NCBI GenBank assembly: GCA_004764695.1
Contig: SMSO01000014.1
Span: forward strand, 5,880,029-5,944,028
Reading direction: 5' to 3'
From: Schizochytrium sp. TIO01
Lineage: Eukaryota; Protista; Bigyra: Labyrinthulomycetes
Length of the DNA: 64,000 bases
Below, one piece after another: positions 11,101 to 23,545 of the stretch. The position numbers and the translations under genes are program-made. The number at the start of each line of letters is the position of its first letter. Position 1 is the first letter of the stretch. Below the pieces are notes generated by a model. It ran no database searches, had not been told where the DNA came from, and saw only the letters and a program-made list of their open reading frames with translations.

Positions 11101-11439
11101 CGAAAATGCTTTTGGGACCCATGACGAAATGAAAGCCGTCAAAGATGTGCTCAGCATTCCAGCATCGGAGCCTCTTTTCACTCCCGACGATCTCCTCGCT
11201 GCTGACGATCGCTCAGAATCGCCTTCTCTGTTGTCATCCTCAAGGTCAACCGAAACATCATCCCCTCCAGAGAGAGGTTCTTGAGTATGAACGACGGCCC
11301 CGAAGGCTTCAAGCCGCCTCATCGTTGCCGTCGCGTGGTCGCCGGACTCTTCACCCTCATCAGACCTGTGGGTTGTGCACCTTCGAATCAGCCGCATCGC
11401 AAGACTTTCGTCGGCCTCGACGACCTCACGACTGCTCAT
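8142..11439 (-). CDS. Importin-alpha-like ARM-repeat protein fused to a NEL (IpaH/SspH-type) E3 ubiquitin ligase domain; one +1 frameshift near 10025-10029
   Basis: ORFs 10012-11439 and 8142-10058 join into ~1098 aa if one G is removed from a G5 run. Importin-alpha motifs: PALRLIGNVVTG, EALWMISNVLAG, EALWCLRNALAGG, DILRGHF. NEL motifs: SLSEAVQFW, FLSKLR, DTCGDK, EVGRGVMNL, VDDVCVYLRFEIDLRKDLDLPVSAEDMIY, FEAWLQTWPEW. Confidence 0.8.
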
Positions 11440-14400
11440 CGAGATGCCAATCGTGATTTGCCTGCGTCTAGTTTTGCGCGTGCTGTAAACAAATTTGTCT
11501 TCCTCAATTTACTTTCGCTTTCGACGTTCACTCTTTCACTCTTTCACGCACGTGCAGCAACAACAACAACTATAAAGAAGAACTTTTAAAAACATGAGAC
11601 TTTCGAGCCCTTCTTTTTAAACAACGACAAAAAGAACGCTTAAGGGCTCATCGCTGTAACTTTGAACAAACATCCACCAAAAAAGAACACTTTTACTTTT
11701 CACAGTGTGGCGATGGTAGACATATCTACTGCTATTCAAAAGGCTAGCATCACTGGTAGGGGTAGTGCCTCCAGTGAAGAGCAAACACTTTCACTTTATA
11801 CTTCGCCTCTCCTTCGCCCCAAGCGACCTCTTCTTTCTTATGCGTCTGGTGTTACTTCCCCCTCGGAACTTCTCATTCGGATGAACACCTAGGCTGCCTT
11901 GCCGGAGGCTTTCCAAAACCAGCTCACGCCCAGCTTGCGTGAATCATGGGCTTTCTCCAAGGTTTTCGAGCTCATTCACTTTACTCACTTTATTCAGTTT
12001 CCTTTGCATTTTTTACTTTTACTACTTTTTTCTATTTTATAATATTATAACAATAGAAATAATTAGTAACAGGTAGATAGGTAGTAGTAGTAGCAGTAGC
12101 AGTAGAAGTAGTTGTCATAATTTTTATTTAAAGTTTATACAACAATGGTCAATGAAGTTAACTTTAATTAAATTCTATTATGCGATATCTCTTTCGCGTG
12201 GTATCCTGCAAGAAATACTAACCAAAACAAGGCCAAGCGCGAGCTGCAAGTTATGCCCTGCACCAACTATCTAGGTACTTTATTCTGTGCAATTCTTTCA
12301 AAGTCCTCTATCCGTCATGATGAGTTATGATGAAATCTCCTCCAGCCTCTTCACAGTATAGGCACCTGAGGTACCATGTAGGCTCTGGTAGCCAGCCGCT
12401 TTAGCCGCATGAGGCGCCCGGCTCTTCTCTTTCTCCACGAGATTGGGTGCTTCAGAGAAGTCAATACGCTGACGAAGGAGGATGTCAACGCTGATTTCAA
12501 CGAACATGGGGCAGCCGGCCATTCATGAAATGCTTCAAGAAGAACAAATATATGTTCAAGATTGAAATTTGCGTGCTTGAGCAGTTCGCTGGCTGACCAG
12601 TTGCACAAACTCGGCCCACTTCTACCAGCAACGGAGAGGAAACTGGCCTGGCATCAGCTCTAGAGCTACCATTTTTCTGCAAGCAGCGAAGGGGGAAGAA
12701 GCAGAGGTGTTTTCATTCATGACACGGCTTGCATCAGGTAAGCTAGAGGACAGATGTGGCGAAAATAGAAGGTACCATCTAAGTAGTAGCTCTGGCAAGT
12801 GTAACCATTCATGATGACGATCTTCAAGTTCTGCGTCAAAGCCATTGTTTAACATCGAAGGCATGAACCTTCACTTCTGCCAGTTGGAAAAACGCAAGAT
12901 TACCTTGTAGCCGAGCACACTGCCTCCGTTGATATTGCAAGCGCACTAGGTTCAACCTAACAGAAGGATGATGAAAACACCCGCCATGTATCCAAGGATA
13001 GTGCATCAGAGAGATCAAAGCTGCAAGATCACAGTTGTCCAGAGCCAGGTTTCATTTCTAAAAGCTAGAAGAGCCTTTGTCGAACGCGCATCGTAGTTAT
13101 CGCAAGAATATAAAAGAAAAGAAGAATGCCGAGACGAGCTGAAAGGACTCGGACCACATTTACTTTCTCTATGAATACCATCATGGTAGGTACAGGTATG
13201 TATGTGTAAATAGTATATCAGGCACTTCTGGGACTATGTTGAAGCAATACTTTGCAACTTTGAAAATTCGCCCTTTCTGCAGTGGGATGCAAAAGAAATA
13301 GTAGGTCTACAACCTTTTTTAAACAAAAAGAACAGCTCGTAGGTACCTAGGTATCACGTGGACCATCGTTCAGATTTGTCCAGAGACAGACGCGCTGGCA
13401 AAGGCATCATTGCTGGCCAGAGATATTAGAGTGAGTAGATACCCACCACCTCGAGTAGGTCTCATACATGCACTTGTCGCGGTGTGCACCTTTTGTGCTG
13501 CAGACCATGATACAAGTCCTGAGGAAGAAACTCGCTCTGCACGTGCACACCACCAAATAATAAATTCGTATTAAAATGTATATCACAACTAATCGGAAGA
13601 CGCACTGCTACTGCTCTTTTACTACAAACTTTATAAGAGTAGTGTTGTTACTGATGTGCACGTGCTGGAAGCGGAGGCGACCGTTCCTAACTGCTTATAA
13701 GAACGGTTAAGTAAACTATGGGATGTTCCACACCTTGGATACTCTAGGAGCATGTAGAAAGCACGAGGGTCCGTGCGCATGAGGGCAGCGGAGTCGTTTT
13801 GTGTGCGTGTGCCAAGACTCAACAAGCAGCTTGATCTTGAAGCATGAATCGGAAGCTTGAGACTTCTTTTTATATAAAATAATGTATATATATATATATT
13901 TATTGATTTAATAACCAAGTAAGCGCAGTAGCGTGAAGAGACAAAACAAAGACATGGGAAGCGTTGGCCAAGTTCGATCATCTGGGCGGACCACAAGCAA
14001 CTTGCACGAACCTTGTAGGCATATGCTCCCACTATAACGCGAAGCTCTATTCCTCACTTCCTTACCTTTACAATTGAATAGAGACTCGTCAAAAAGTGCG
14101 GGCGGAGCGAGACACCTGGACATGAGCTCTCTCGTGCACTGTCATTTTGGATGAGCACGGGAACTATAGGAAGTTCCCATCACAATAAACAACAGAAGCA
14201 ATGAAATGAGAAGGTGCAATGGTGGTGGTAGTAAACCTAATTAAAATCCAAATGATTCTGAGTACATTGTTTCATTCATTTAAATCTGGGCCAATTAAAT
14301 CTTCTTCTGTTTTTGTAGTTTTGCTTTAAAACTAAACACAAAGAGGATTGAGTCCTCCTCGTCTTGAGGCCCTTGAGAGACTGGCATCCAAGCCTTGCCT

Positions 14401-14554
14401 CACTCCTCTGAAATGGTATAGGAAATTAGGTTACTGCTAGAAAAGATAGCGGTTGCGAGCAACAATAGAATTAAAATGCCCTGGGAGGAAATGCAAAATT
14501 GTGTTGATCAGTTAACTGAGTCTAATATATGTATGCGCTTGCTAGTGAACTGGA

Positions 14555-14670
14555 CATTCGTCTTGACGTAAGAAATACCATGCTATTCGTTTTGACGCAA
14601 GATATAACATGCCATTCGTCTTGACGCAAATTAAATCATGCCATTCGTCTTGACGCAAGAAATACCATGT
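14555..14670. repeat. 29-bp minisatellite, 4 copies
   Basis: Consensus CATTCGTCTTGACGCAAGAAATACCATGC at 14555, 14584, 14613 and 14642. Confidence 0.9.
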
Positions 14671-14856
14671 GTAGTGAAATTCAAAGGATACTCATTTATT
14701 TGTGTTTGTTATCATATTGCCAGGTGACTAAGTCTAGCAAGCAAGCGAGTCAATATGGCTGGTTGCGAAGTATTCATACAAAGGTTAGTGCCGATACAAC
14801 TGTGCATGGTATTTGCTTGGTAAATTGCTGTTTTGAGCAAATTCGGTGATTCGCAA

Positions 14857-17800
14857 TCACTCAAATTCGACGCTTACACGATCACTTTGAAAGAAATCGA
14901 CTCGGCGCGCGTGGAAGATCTTGGTCGCGCAAAACTCTTCACTATTGGTCCTACCTGGTGTGGCTAACGCTGCAAGCTGACAAGGACGTAGCAGCAGCGG
15001 TCCAAGCATAGGAATCTTCTTAGCGAGTCTTTCAATATTCTCTCGTAACTCAAAAAGTTCTTGTTGCTTGTTATAGAGCTGCGGAATCTTGATTTTGTCA
15101 AAGCTGGTGTCATTCTCGACAGGCTCGACTGCAACGTCGGTATTAGTGGTAGAAGAGAAATGGCGCGTGGGGGTCATGACAGCTAGACCACGAGCCTCGC
15201 AGACCTTGAATGCATATTTCAGCTCGTTCCACAACTGCCGTGCTCCTGCAAGAAGCTCATCTGTATCAGCAAGCTGAGCGTTAAGACGTGTAGCTCCAAA
15301 TTTTACGTATCCATACTCGTAACGAAGTCTGTAAAGTCAAGTAAATGACAGTTAGCTCAATATGCTTACATGCCGCCAAAAGTTTCTATGTAGGGTATAA
15401 TTCAAAATAAAGCAACTTACCGCAAATCAACGAGGGTAGAATTGGATTCAAGGCTCTTGCTCATACTCTTCAAGGAAGGTAAGGATGGGTTGCAGAAGAA
15501 TAGCCTGTGATTTTTCGTTTTTGTTTTCCAAAAATATTACTGTGAGAACTTCGATGTGGCGAGCAATTTTGCTATGCAAACGTACGAAAGATGCTGCAGA
15601 GTTCGGTTGTGCATTAGAGCATTGGCCATGGCCAGAACTCCCACGTCACCGATCTTTGAGCTGTCAAGACTGTTGAGGCAAGTGCAACACATCATTCATA
15701 TTAATGTTAGTTGTTTGTTCCATACTTTTCTTCCACAATATTTTGGAATAAATAACATACTGAAGAGACTGGATTGATCGATGACGGCGAAGGACTGTCG
15801 CAAAGGCTTGGGCGCCTTCATCGCCAATTTGACAACAGTACATACTGAAGAATGCGACAACACTCAGGTTTTGGTTGTTAGTCCGTGAACAATCAATTCA
15901 TCACCCACTCTAGAAGGTGATAGTAGAACTTACTTGAGTACACGTAGATTTTGATTTTTCTCCAAAGCGGCGGCGAGTGCGATAGAGCCACGATCGCCAA
16001 ATTCATTCTCGTCAAGGCTGTGAAGAGTATGCACAACAGTTAGCTCTGTTCTATTAACACTGTAGATTCGATAGGAGCTAGGTCTAACTTACTGAAGGAC
16101 CTCGAGCGAAGGGTGGAGGCCTACCGCATAAGCAAGAGCAATTGCACTCTCATGAAAGAAGATGTTGCGCCCAAGACTGGATACGTTTTGTTTCATACAT
16201 TCAACATTGTTCAACATAACACCAGTTAGAGCTGAGCGAGTGATGAGGGGCGTCAATCCCTTCATAGAAATCGTTATGGTACGGCTTCATAAATTCAACT
16301 TACTCAAGAGAACGCAGCGATAGATTTTCCAGTAGGCCCTCAGCCAAGGCCCGCACGCCATCGTCCTGGATCTGGTTGCGGCTAAGACTGTTTAGATGTA
16401 CGTCATTGCATCAGGAGATGTTTAGGTGAGCAATCATTGTCAGACAGGTTTCGAGTCTGTACACTATTGAGTGAACACTTTAAAGAAGTATCTACTTACG
16501 AAAGGCTCTGAAGAACGGGGTTCTGCCTAAGAACACTCGACATTGCGATTGCGCCCTGATCATTGATGCCGTTAAAGGACAAGTCCAAGGAAACTATAGA
16601 ACGGTTGATGCACATTGCACGGGCTATTTGTTCAGCACCAAGGTCTCCAATATTGTTCATAGCGAGTCTGCGGTGTTATCGAAGTAGGGTAACGTTAGAG
16701 GTCGTTTTGTAAGGTAATAAATACCCGCAATGTTTGATTGTTTGGAAACTTACACCAAATGTTCAAGCGAATCATTGTATGCAAGCGCTGTTGCAATAGC
16801 ATCTGCACCGTATCGATCAATCATCATTTTTCGAAGTCTATTTGATTGAACGTCAATGTTGTTTTCGCAGAGGATAAAAGTTAGACTACTTCCGGGAAAA
16901 TTATTCGACTTCGTAGAAATGACTTACTTGAGAACTCGAAGATGGCAGCTACGAAGAGAGCTGGCAAGTGCAGTTATTCCGTGAAGGTCAAACAGGTTGT
17001 AGGAAAGACTGATATATTCAAATAAAATACCGGCAAGTCAGTACCTCTGCTTCGACTTTGTGCGTGCGACTACAAATCAGAATTTAGAATGATAGAACTT
17101 ACTTGATTTCTTGCAACGTTTGGTTGCAAGACAGCGCCGATGCAATAGCGAAGGTTCCTTCGTGTCCCATCCGAGTGTGCTCAAGGCTGTTGTCCCGATG
17201 ATTGTCGTGGAAGTTGCAGGCGTTGTAAAACTAGTTAGGTACATTTTCAAGTTCCGAGAAGAGGCAACATGGCATTTGATATTTGGCAAGGTCCGAATGG
17301 AACTTACTCCAGAGTTTGCAGTGTTGTGTTGCCAACGAGGACGCTAGCAAGGACCTGCGCGCCTTGGTCACCAAGGTTGTTACCAGAGATGCTGAGTTTG
17401 TATAAACATGCCGAGATACATTATACCCCCAAACGCAACAAGAGCGAAAAGCAAAGAAATAGAGTCAGCAAATTGGAAGATTTGAGCAACAAAAAATGCC
17501 AGCATCTAAGTGCGGTAAACTTGGTGTGTACACTTACTTGAGCTTGCACAATGTTTGATTTTCCGCAAGCGCTGGCATGAGAAGCAGCAGGGCTTCTTCT
17601 TGGATGCCATTGCTCGATAAACTTTATTTCGTTGAAATGATGCATCATGTATATGATTAGGTCAGTCCTCGTCGGTCCTTAAAGTTCTTTTGGTTGTTCT
17701 CCCCGTTGGTGCCTGCTGAAGGTTTTCGAGGTATGAAACGTTAGAAGAAGGATTGCCTTACTCAAGTTCCCGGAGGGTGTTAGATTGTTTGAGACCAAAC

Positions 17801-19500
17801 GAAATACCTGCTATGACTGAATCGTGGAGCAAGTTGTTGCTCAGGCTACGTACACTTAGAAGAGTCAGTAACTACACTATTTACTCTCATCAGGCATCCT
17901 CAGAAAATGATCCGCGAAATGTCACTTCTCACTTTTTATAATTTCCTTAATATCTAACTTACCTTAAGGAGCGAAGGTTCATGGTCTCGATCACAAGCCG
18001 TGCAAGGTCTTCACTGGCATGCTCATCAAAGGAGTTCTCGCCAAGGCTGATCACTCATCGCGTTGGATCCAAAACAAACATGTATTACAATCCAGCACAC
18101 GAGGAGTTTGGGTCATTGTTGCGGAATCGGGCATTTGCAGTTACTCAGTTAGTAAAGTTTCCCCTATTCATTCATTCATTCATTCATTCATTCATTCATT
18201 CATTCATTCATTCATTCATTCATTCATTCATTGTTTGATTGAATGAATGATCGATCGATCGTGTTGTAGTCCGCAGATACCGCGAAACAAGATTCGCAGG
18301 CACTCCTCCGTGCATTAAACCTACTCTATTTCCCGTATCTCCTTGCCTGCCTGTGCAATGCATGCCAATACAAGTGCTTTGGCGCCAGCATTTCCAATGT
18401 TATTTTTCCTCAAGCTGTGCAACCAACACCAAGAGCACGAGAAAAACATTGCAAAAAAAGTAATTGGAAAGAAAAAAAGTAAAACCAAAGAAAGGAAAGA
18501 TTGTCAGCGACCCAGCCATTCTCATAGACGTCGCCTCATTGACTCCTTGGTCTATCGACCACTCTCTGTAGCCCTGATCACTTTCTCACAGCCCGCAAAG
18601 CCTCTTATCGCTGCTGATGACGCCTTCCACCGCGTCGCTGTAATGCATGTGCAATCCCAGCAGCTCCCGCGCTACCGCCACATAGCATAAACTCCTATAC
18701 CGCCCATGATAATAATGAATGATGAGACTTTTCTTCGCGCGTGCACCGGTCCTGTGATAAGCGCGCCACCGCCACTACATTGCTCGCCGCCTTTTCTTCA
18801 ACTTACTCGAGCTTGCGCAGGTGCCTGCTTTGAGACACTGCCGCTGCCAGGGTCTTCGCATCTGCATCTGTGAGGAGACCTCCATTGAGTCTGTGTCACC
18901 CATTATCGTCAGTACCTCTTCCTCGGAGACTGAGCAATCCTTCATCCAATTGCTCCAGCAAATCATTCGTTCTTGGCACATTTTGTTTGGCTGCTTGCTT
19001 GCTAGCGCAGTGCTATTGGCCTCATAAGGTAAAGCCTAGTAGTCCATCGACCGCAGGAGCCTCCGGAGAGGGACTGACTAGGCTTGCATGGATTTTGTTG
19101 ATGGAGTTCTGGCTGCCTGATGCTGCGCTGCGGAAACTTACGCGAGCTCCACGATGGCCTCTCCGGCCTGCAGGGCCTCGGCGACGGCCTCCACGTGTCC
19201 TGTTTCTCGTGTCCTGTGCCGGTTCGGCTCGCCAGCGCTGCTCCGTTAGTCCTTCTTGGCGACAGTTCTTCTTCGTTGCGCATTACATTCATTCATTCAT
19301 TCCACCACCGCCATGTTCGTTCTCAGGCTAACGAACTGCCTGGCTCCCCGAACTTACCCAAGCAGCCTCGCGAGGCCCACGTCGCCGATGGCTGTCGCCC
19401 ACGACCCCTGCACGCTCACGCTCATTGCTGCAACCCTCCCGAGTCCAGGCTCAAGCTTGGCAAGCCTCCAACCTCGTTTGAGAACTACATCGATCGTCAT
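14857..19500 (-). CDS. Multi-exon RI-like (28-residue) leucine-rich-repeat protein, ~705 aa, ~17 LRRs, 19 exons
   Basis: Exons read by eye between GT..AG introns: 19358-19500, 19142-19213 (these two less certain), 18807-18890, 18325-18414, 17963-18046, 17762-17845, 17538-17621, 17308-17391, 17103-17186, 16928-17008, 16754-16837, 16500-16667, 16304-16387, 16093-16176, 15934-16017, 15761-15844, 15586-15669, 15421-15504, 14857-15328. Total 2118 nt, in frame. Example repeats: ISGNNLGDQGAQVLASVLVGNTTLQTLD and LSRNQIQDDGVRALAEGLLENLSLRSLD. Confidence 0.88.
18166..18232. repeat. (ATTC)n microsatellite within an LRR-gene intron
   Basis: About 16 consecutive attc units. Confidence 0.95.
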
Positions 19501-20793
19501 CGCATTTGATTCATTCTTTCTGATTGATTGATGCTTTTTTAGTTATTATAATTCTTCTTTACCAAAAACAAAACTACAAGGGCTACCTCGAATAGGACTT
19601 ATATACCGTTCACTAGCAGTAGATCGGCAACATTTTACATTTTTCAAGAACTCTAGAGGTCCTCGAGCTCGCTAGAAAGTACTGTGTTTGAGGTTCATGG
19701 ATCAATCATCCATCAAAGCCTTTGCTTTGCTGGCACCGTCGTTCGATTGTCGCTGGTCTCTGCTAGGTCCTTGGGCCCCTTGCTCCACGTGGGTGATCTG
19801 TCCGTGAAGTTGAAAGACTTTGAAGTTGAGTAGTTCGTTGCGTCGTTAGTCAGTTTGTTATTCATTCAGTTGGTTGGTCCTCCTATTGCTGCGTAGCTAA
19901 CTACTATGCAATAAGTACTACAGCTTTTGTCCTTCTTCTTCTTTTCTTTCTTCACAAATCGATAATGAATTACAAAGAAAAGACAAATTATAAATAAATA
20001 GATAAAAAGAGTTTGCCGAAGCGGCTCAGTAGTTGCGCAAAGTTGCACTACCCTGCGCGATTACATATTCATCATCACGCTTGCTCGCTCTAGCCTAGAG
20101 TATGCTTCGTGCAGCCTGCTCCTGCGTCAATGTATCGCGATCCTTTTGCATTGCACCGCATTTCTTCTCGCATTGCATTCCTTCGCATTACATTTGGCAC
20201 CCCATAGTCTGTGGACTTCCACGAGCTTTGCGACAGATGAATCGATCAAGAGCATGCATCCTGCTGCCAAATTCGCCTCCCAGTTTCTGCCAGCCCATGC
20301 TTCTGAGCACCTACCTTGAATCCGCAAACCTTTCTGCAGGAACTCTTCACGGTTCTGCTCAGAGTTCTTCTTCTTTGTTTGTCTGTTGTTTGTTGCTAAA
20401 GTACATTGCGCCGTTGCTCTCGCGTGCGCACACGTGGAAAGGGGCTCCGACCAGGACCAGCACGGGGACCTGAGCAGCGAGCAGACTTGCCTCAGGCCCA
20501 AGTTGCAGTCGCCGCCGAGGCCAACTCGCAGCGCCTGGAGCAGCTCAACTGCCCTGGGTGGCCGTCGAGGTCTACTTCGGGGTGGCCGTTCTTGTTCGGA
20601 TGACGCTGCGTGAGCACACTGTCCATATGTCGATTCTCCGCGAGTTGAGCTGAGACCGATTTCAAGAGTGTGCGCAGGAAGTCACTTCGTGCGATGAGGG
20701 AGGTGCTCCTCTGCTGCCTCAGCAGGGTCGAAGCGAGCGAGATTGCCAGCATCGTGCTGGTGGAAGTCGACTGTGGTCCCAGTGCAGCGATGC

Positions 20794-20847
20794 AATGAGC
20801 AAATGGGAGAATGAGCAAATGGGAGAATGAGCAAATGGGAGAATGAG
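20794..20847. repeat. 16-bp tandem repeat, 3 copies plus a partial
   Basis: AATGAGCAAATGGGAG x3 followed by AATGAG. Confidence 0.9.
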
Positions 20848-21241
20848 TGAGAGAACTCCTCCAAAGCCTCGGCGCTTTGGCGACACCGAGAGAAGCTGGC
20901 TTGTGGGCAAAATGGGCGCGACGCACAGCGAAGGGGTCTTTACGCAAAGGCTATTTTCGCATACGTCCTCGTCTCGAACGGCCTTTGTGGAGGCTTGTTC
21001 GATAGTTCGGTAGGAATTGGCCAACTTTGGAGTAAGTGCTAACGCAGCACCAGCACACTCGAAGGGAGGGCGTATTGGGGTGGATGATCAGTCGCAGATA
21101 ACATTGCCCTTCCCCTTGAAGCACAAGTTCTTCTTCGAGGCTTCGGGGTTCTTTGTAAATGCTATCATCTCGCATGTTCTCTAGCGGTCCACTTCATGCG
21201 TTTCATCCCAGCAATGATGCATCGCCGCCGCTGATGGAGAG

Positions 21242-21273
<32 letters not shown>

Positions 21274-22179
21274 GAAGTGGAAAAGGGCGCAATGATAGCG
21301 ATGATGCTGCTGTCTTGAATCAACCTTGAAGTTCTCATTCGTATTCGCAGGTCCTCGCTGGCTAGCGTCCGCGTCATGGTCACAAGTGGCCTGTAGGAAG
21401 AAGTGTTGCTTCCTTGTAGGCCGGTGGCTGCTAGTGTGGAGTATGCCACTCCTATAGCGACACGGCCGCGGTGACGCTTTCCTGTGAAGTGAAGAAGTTT
21501 ATTCACCAACTTGAAGTCACCGAATGCCACTGCTCTTTCACGAATGGATCATCGAACATGGTTTATTGCTGACTGCCCAGAGGAAAGCGCAAAAGCACAC
21601 TTCGCGGCTTCTCCATCGGGGCCTTTGTAAGCGGTGTCAACACAATGTCTGCTTCCGGCTTGGCGAATTTGACAAGGGTTGCCGCCCTTTCCTTAATCAG
21701 AGGTGAAGATCTACTGCTTCGCTTTCAGGCTTTGGGGTTTGCACAATCGAGCGAAGATGTACGCCATGGCTCGTCACATTGGGTCTTTATCGCATTCGGG
21801 GTTTTGCTTTGTTTTGCGCAATACCCTTCGTTTCTCCTTTCTCCAGAGGATCAGTTCCGACAGGAAATCGCGCTCGACCAATTCTCGGGGCTGGCAGACG
21901 TGGTTACTTTAGAAGAATAGGGGGGAAAGTCGATTGTGCTGACTATAGTTTGTTTGGCCTCTTCGCGCGCACAAAGTCCTCACACGTAACGACATGCGTC
22001 GTTTTCTGTGTGGGGCGCAAAACAATTAGGAATAGTTGGGACCCTCTATCTCTAGTCTAGCAGAGGGAAAGTAGATTAAAGGGCTAGCGTCTACTGTGGA
22101 TTTTCTCTCTTTTTCGTGGTTTATTTCGGCATTTTGTAACGAAGAGCGGCCAACTAGCTAGCTGATATATGAAGCAATT

Positions 22180-22285
22180 TCATAAAAATAGCTTTTTTTG
22201 TTTTTCGTTGAGTGTCCATTAACTAGATGTATCATAAAAATAGCTTTTTTTGTTTTTCGTTGAGTGTCCATCAACTAGATGTATC
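22180..22285. repeat. 52-bp tandem duplication
   Basis: TCATAAAAATAGCTTTTTTTGTTTTTCGTTGAGTGTCCATYAACTAGATGTA occurs twice with one mismatch. Confidence 0.9.
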
Positions 22286-23545
22286 TCTCAAGAAGACTTT
22301 GTATTTAGAGCAGTAACCTACAGGTAAGATTTCACCAATGGGTTTTGGATACAATCTCCCTTCTTCGTTGTTTATCATCGATGAGTCATGAGAAAATACA
22401 AGAAAGATCTTCTTGTAAAAGAGGAAATGCTTTTTTTAGAACCTTTCTCGCTAGTCGTGTACTCTTGCAGAACTAAAGGTGTAAGTCCTATAATCGGGCT
22501 TCAATTTGGGGCCATATTCAGTATAGATTCGATCTTACGTTTGACGTTTGACTGACATCAAATCATCTAACTTAGATTCCGCTACGTGCGTAAAAATTAC
22601 ACACCAGAACCATCTGACGAAGTCTACTGTTTATTCTCTGAAGTCTTATTGGGGAGGAATGCAGTCATTTCTGTTCGCATTTTTCTAACATGAAGCGAAG
22701 AAAATGCTCGGCATAGTTTAAGAAATCACTGGAAACGCGTATGTGCAGTAACATCGTTTTGGACCCCTGCTTCTTTCAAACGAAAGAGAGGGCGATACTA
22801 CAGATATTCAAAAGTTTTGAACAAATTCTCGCACGAAGAGATGGGTCATTTGCAATAACTTGGTGATCAGGCTGACCATAGCAGCATGTTTAGGGGATCG
22901 GGGACTCGTATTGGTGTATGAGACGTCGCTAGTAGGGACGCAGTAATTGATTCAAAGTGTTTTATGGCACATACTCATTGTTTGCCGATTTACTACGAAC
23001 TTTTCTCATTTGCTCGATCAGCATGGGTTTATAAGTGGAGTAGGAATGGATTTGTTCAGAAAGATGTGATTTATGAGATTTCGTTTGCAGAACATCAATC
23101 CGCTGGTCAAAGCAAAGGTGCTGCCTCATCTGTACTAAATATCACTATGGAAGGGCAAACTAAACAAAAGCAAAAAGGATGGAGTGTGGCACGAGAGACA
23201 CAGTTTGTATGTCAAGTGTATTCAAGAAAGTGAAGAATAGTTGTTGTTGATATAGTTATGAGAAGATAATTAATTCTCAAATTTTAATCATGCTCATCGT
23301 GATCATCATCTATGGTTCAGGAAGGTTTTCAAAAAGCAAAAGAACTTGTCGAAGTAGTAGTCGAAGAGTGGCAGCAGCAACCCACAAGAGAGAGAAAAGT
23401 ATACAAAAGAGGAATAGCTGGCAAACCTATGCTAGCTATTGCTGCTGTAGTAAAGGAAAAATGTGCAGTGTGGCAATGTGTTGGGCAAAGCAATAAGTCC
23501 GTCTTACAAAAAGACAGAATGGCAAACATGCAAGCAAGCAAGGGC

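Noticed and set aside
10012-11439. Treating the 475-aa and 638-aa ORFs as two genes
   Set aside because: Importin-alpha similarity runs continuously across the junction, so one frameshifted gene fits better.
14555-14670. CRISPR-like array
   Set aside because: Units are contiguous with no unique spacers, there are no cas genes, and the context is eukaryotic.
14857-15234. Stand-alone 125-aa ORF
   Set aside because: It is part of the last exon of the LRR gene.
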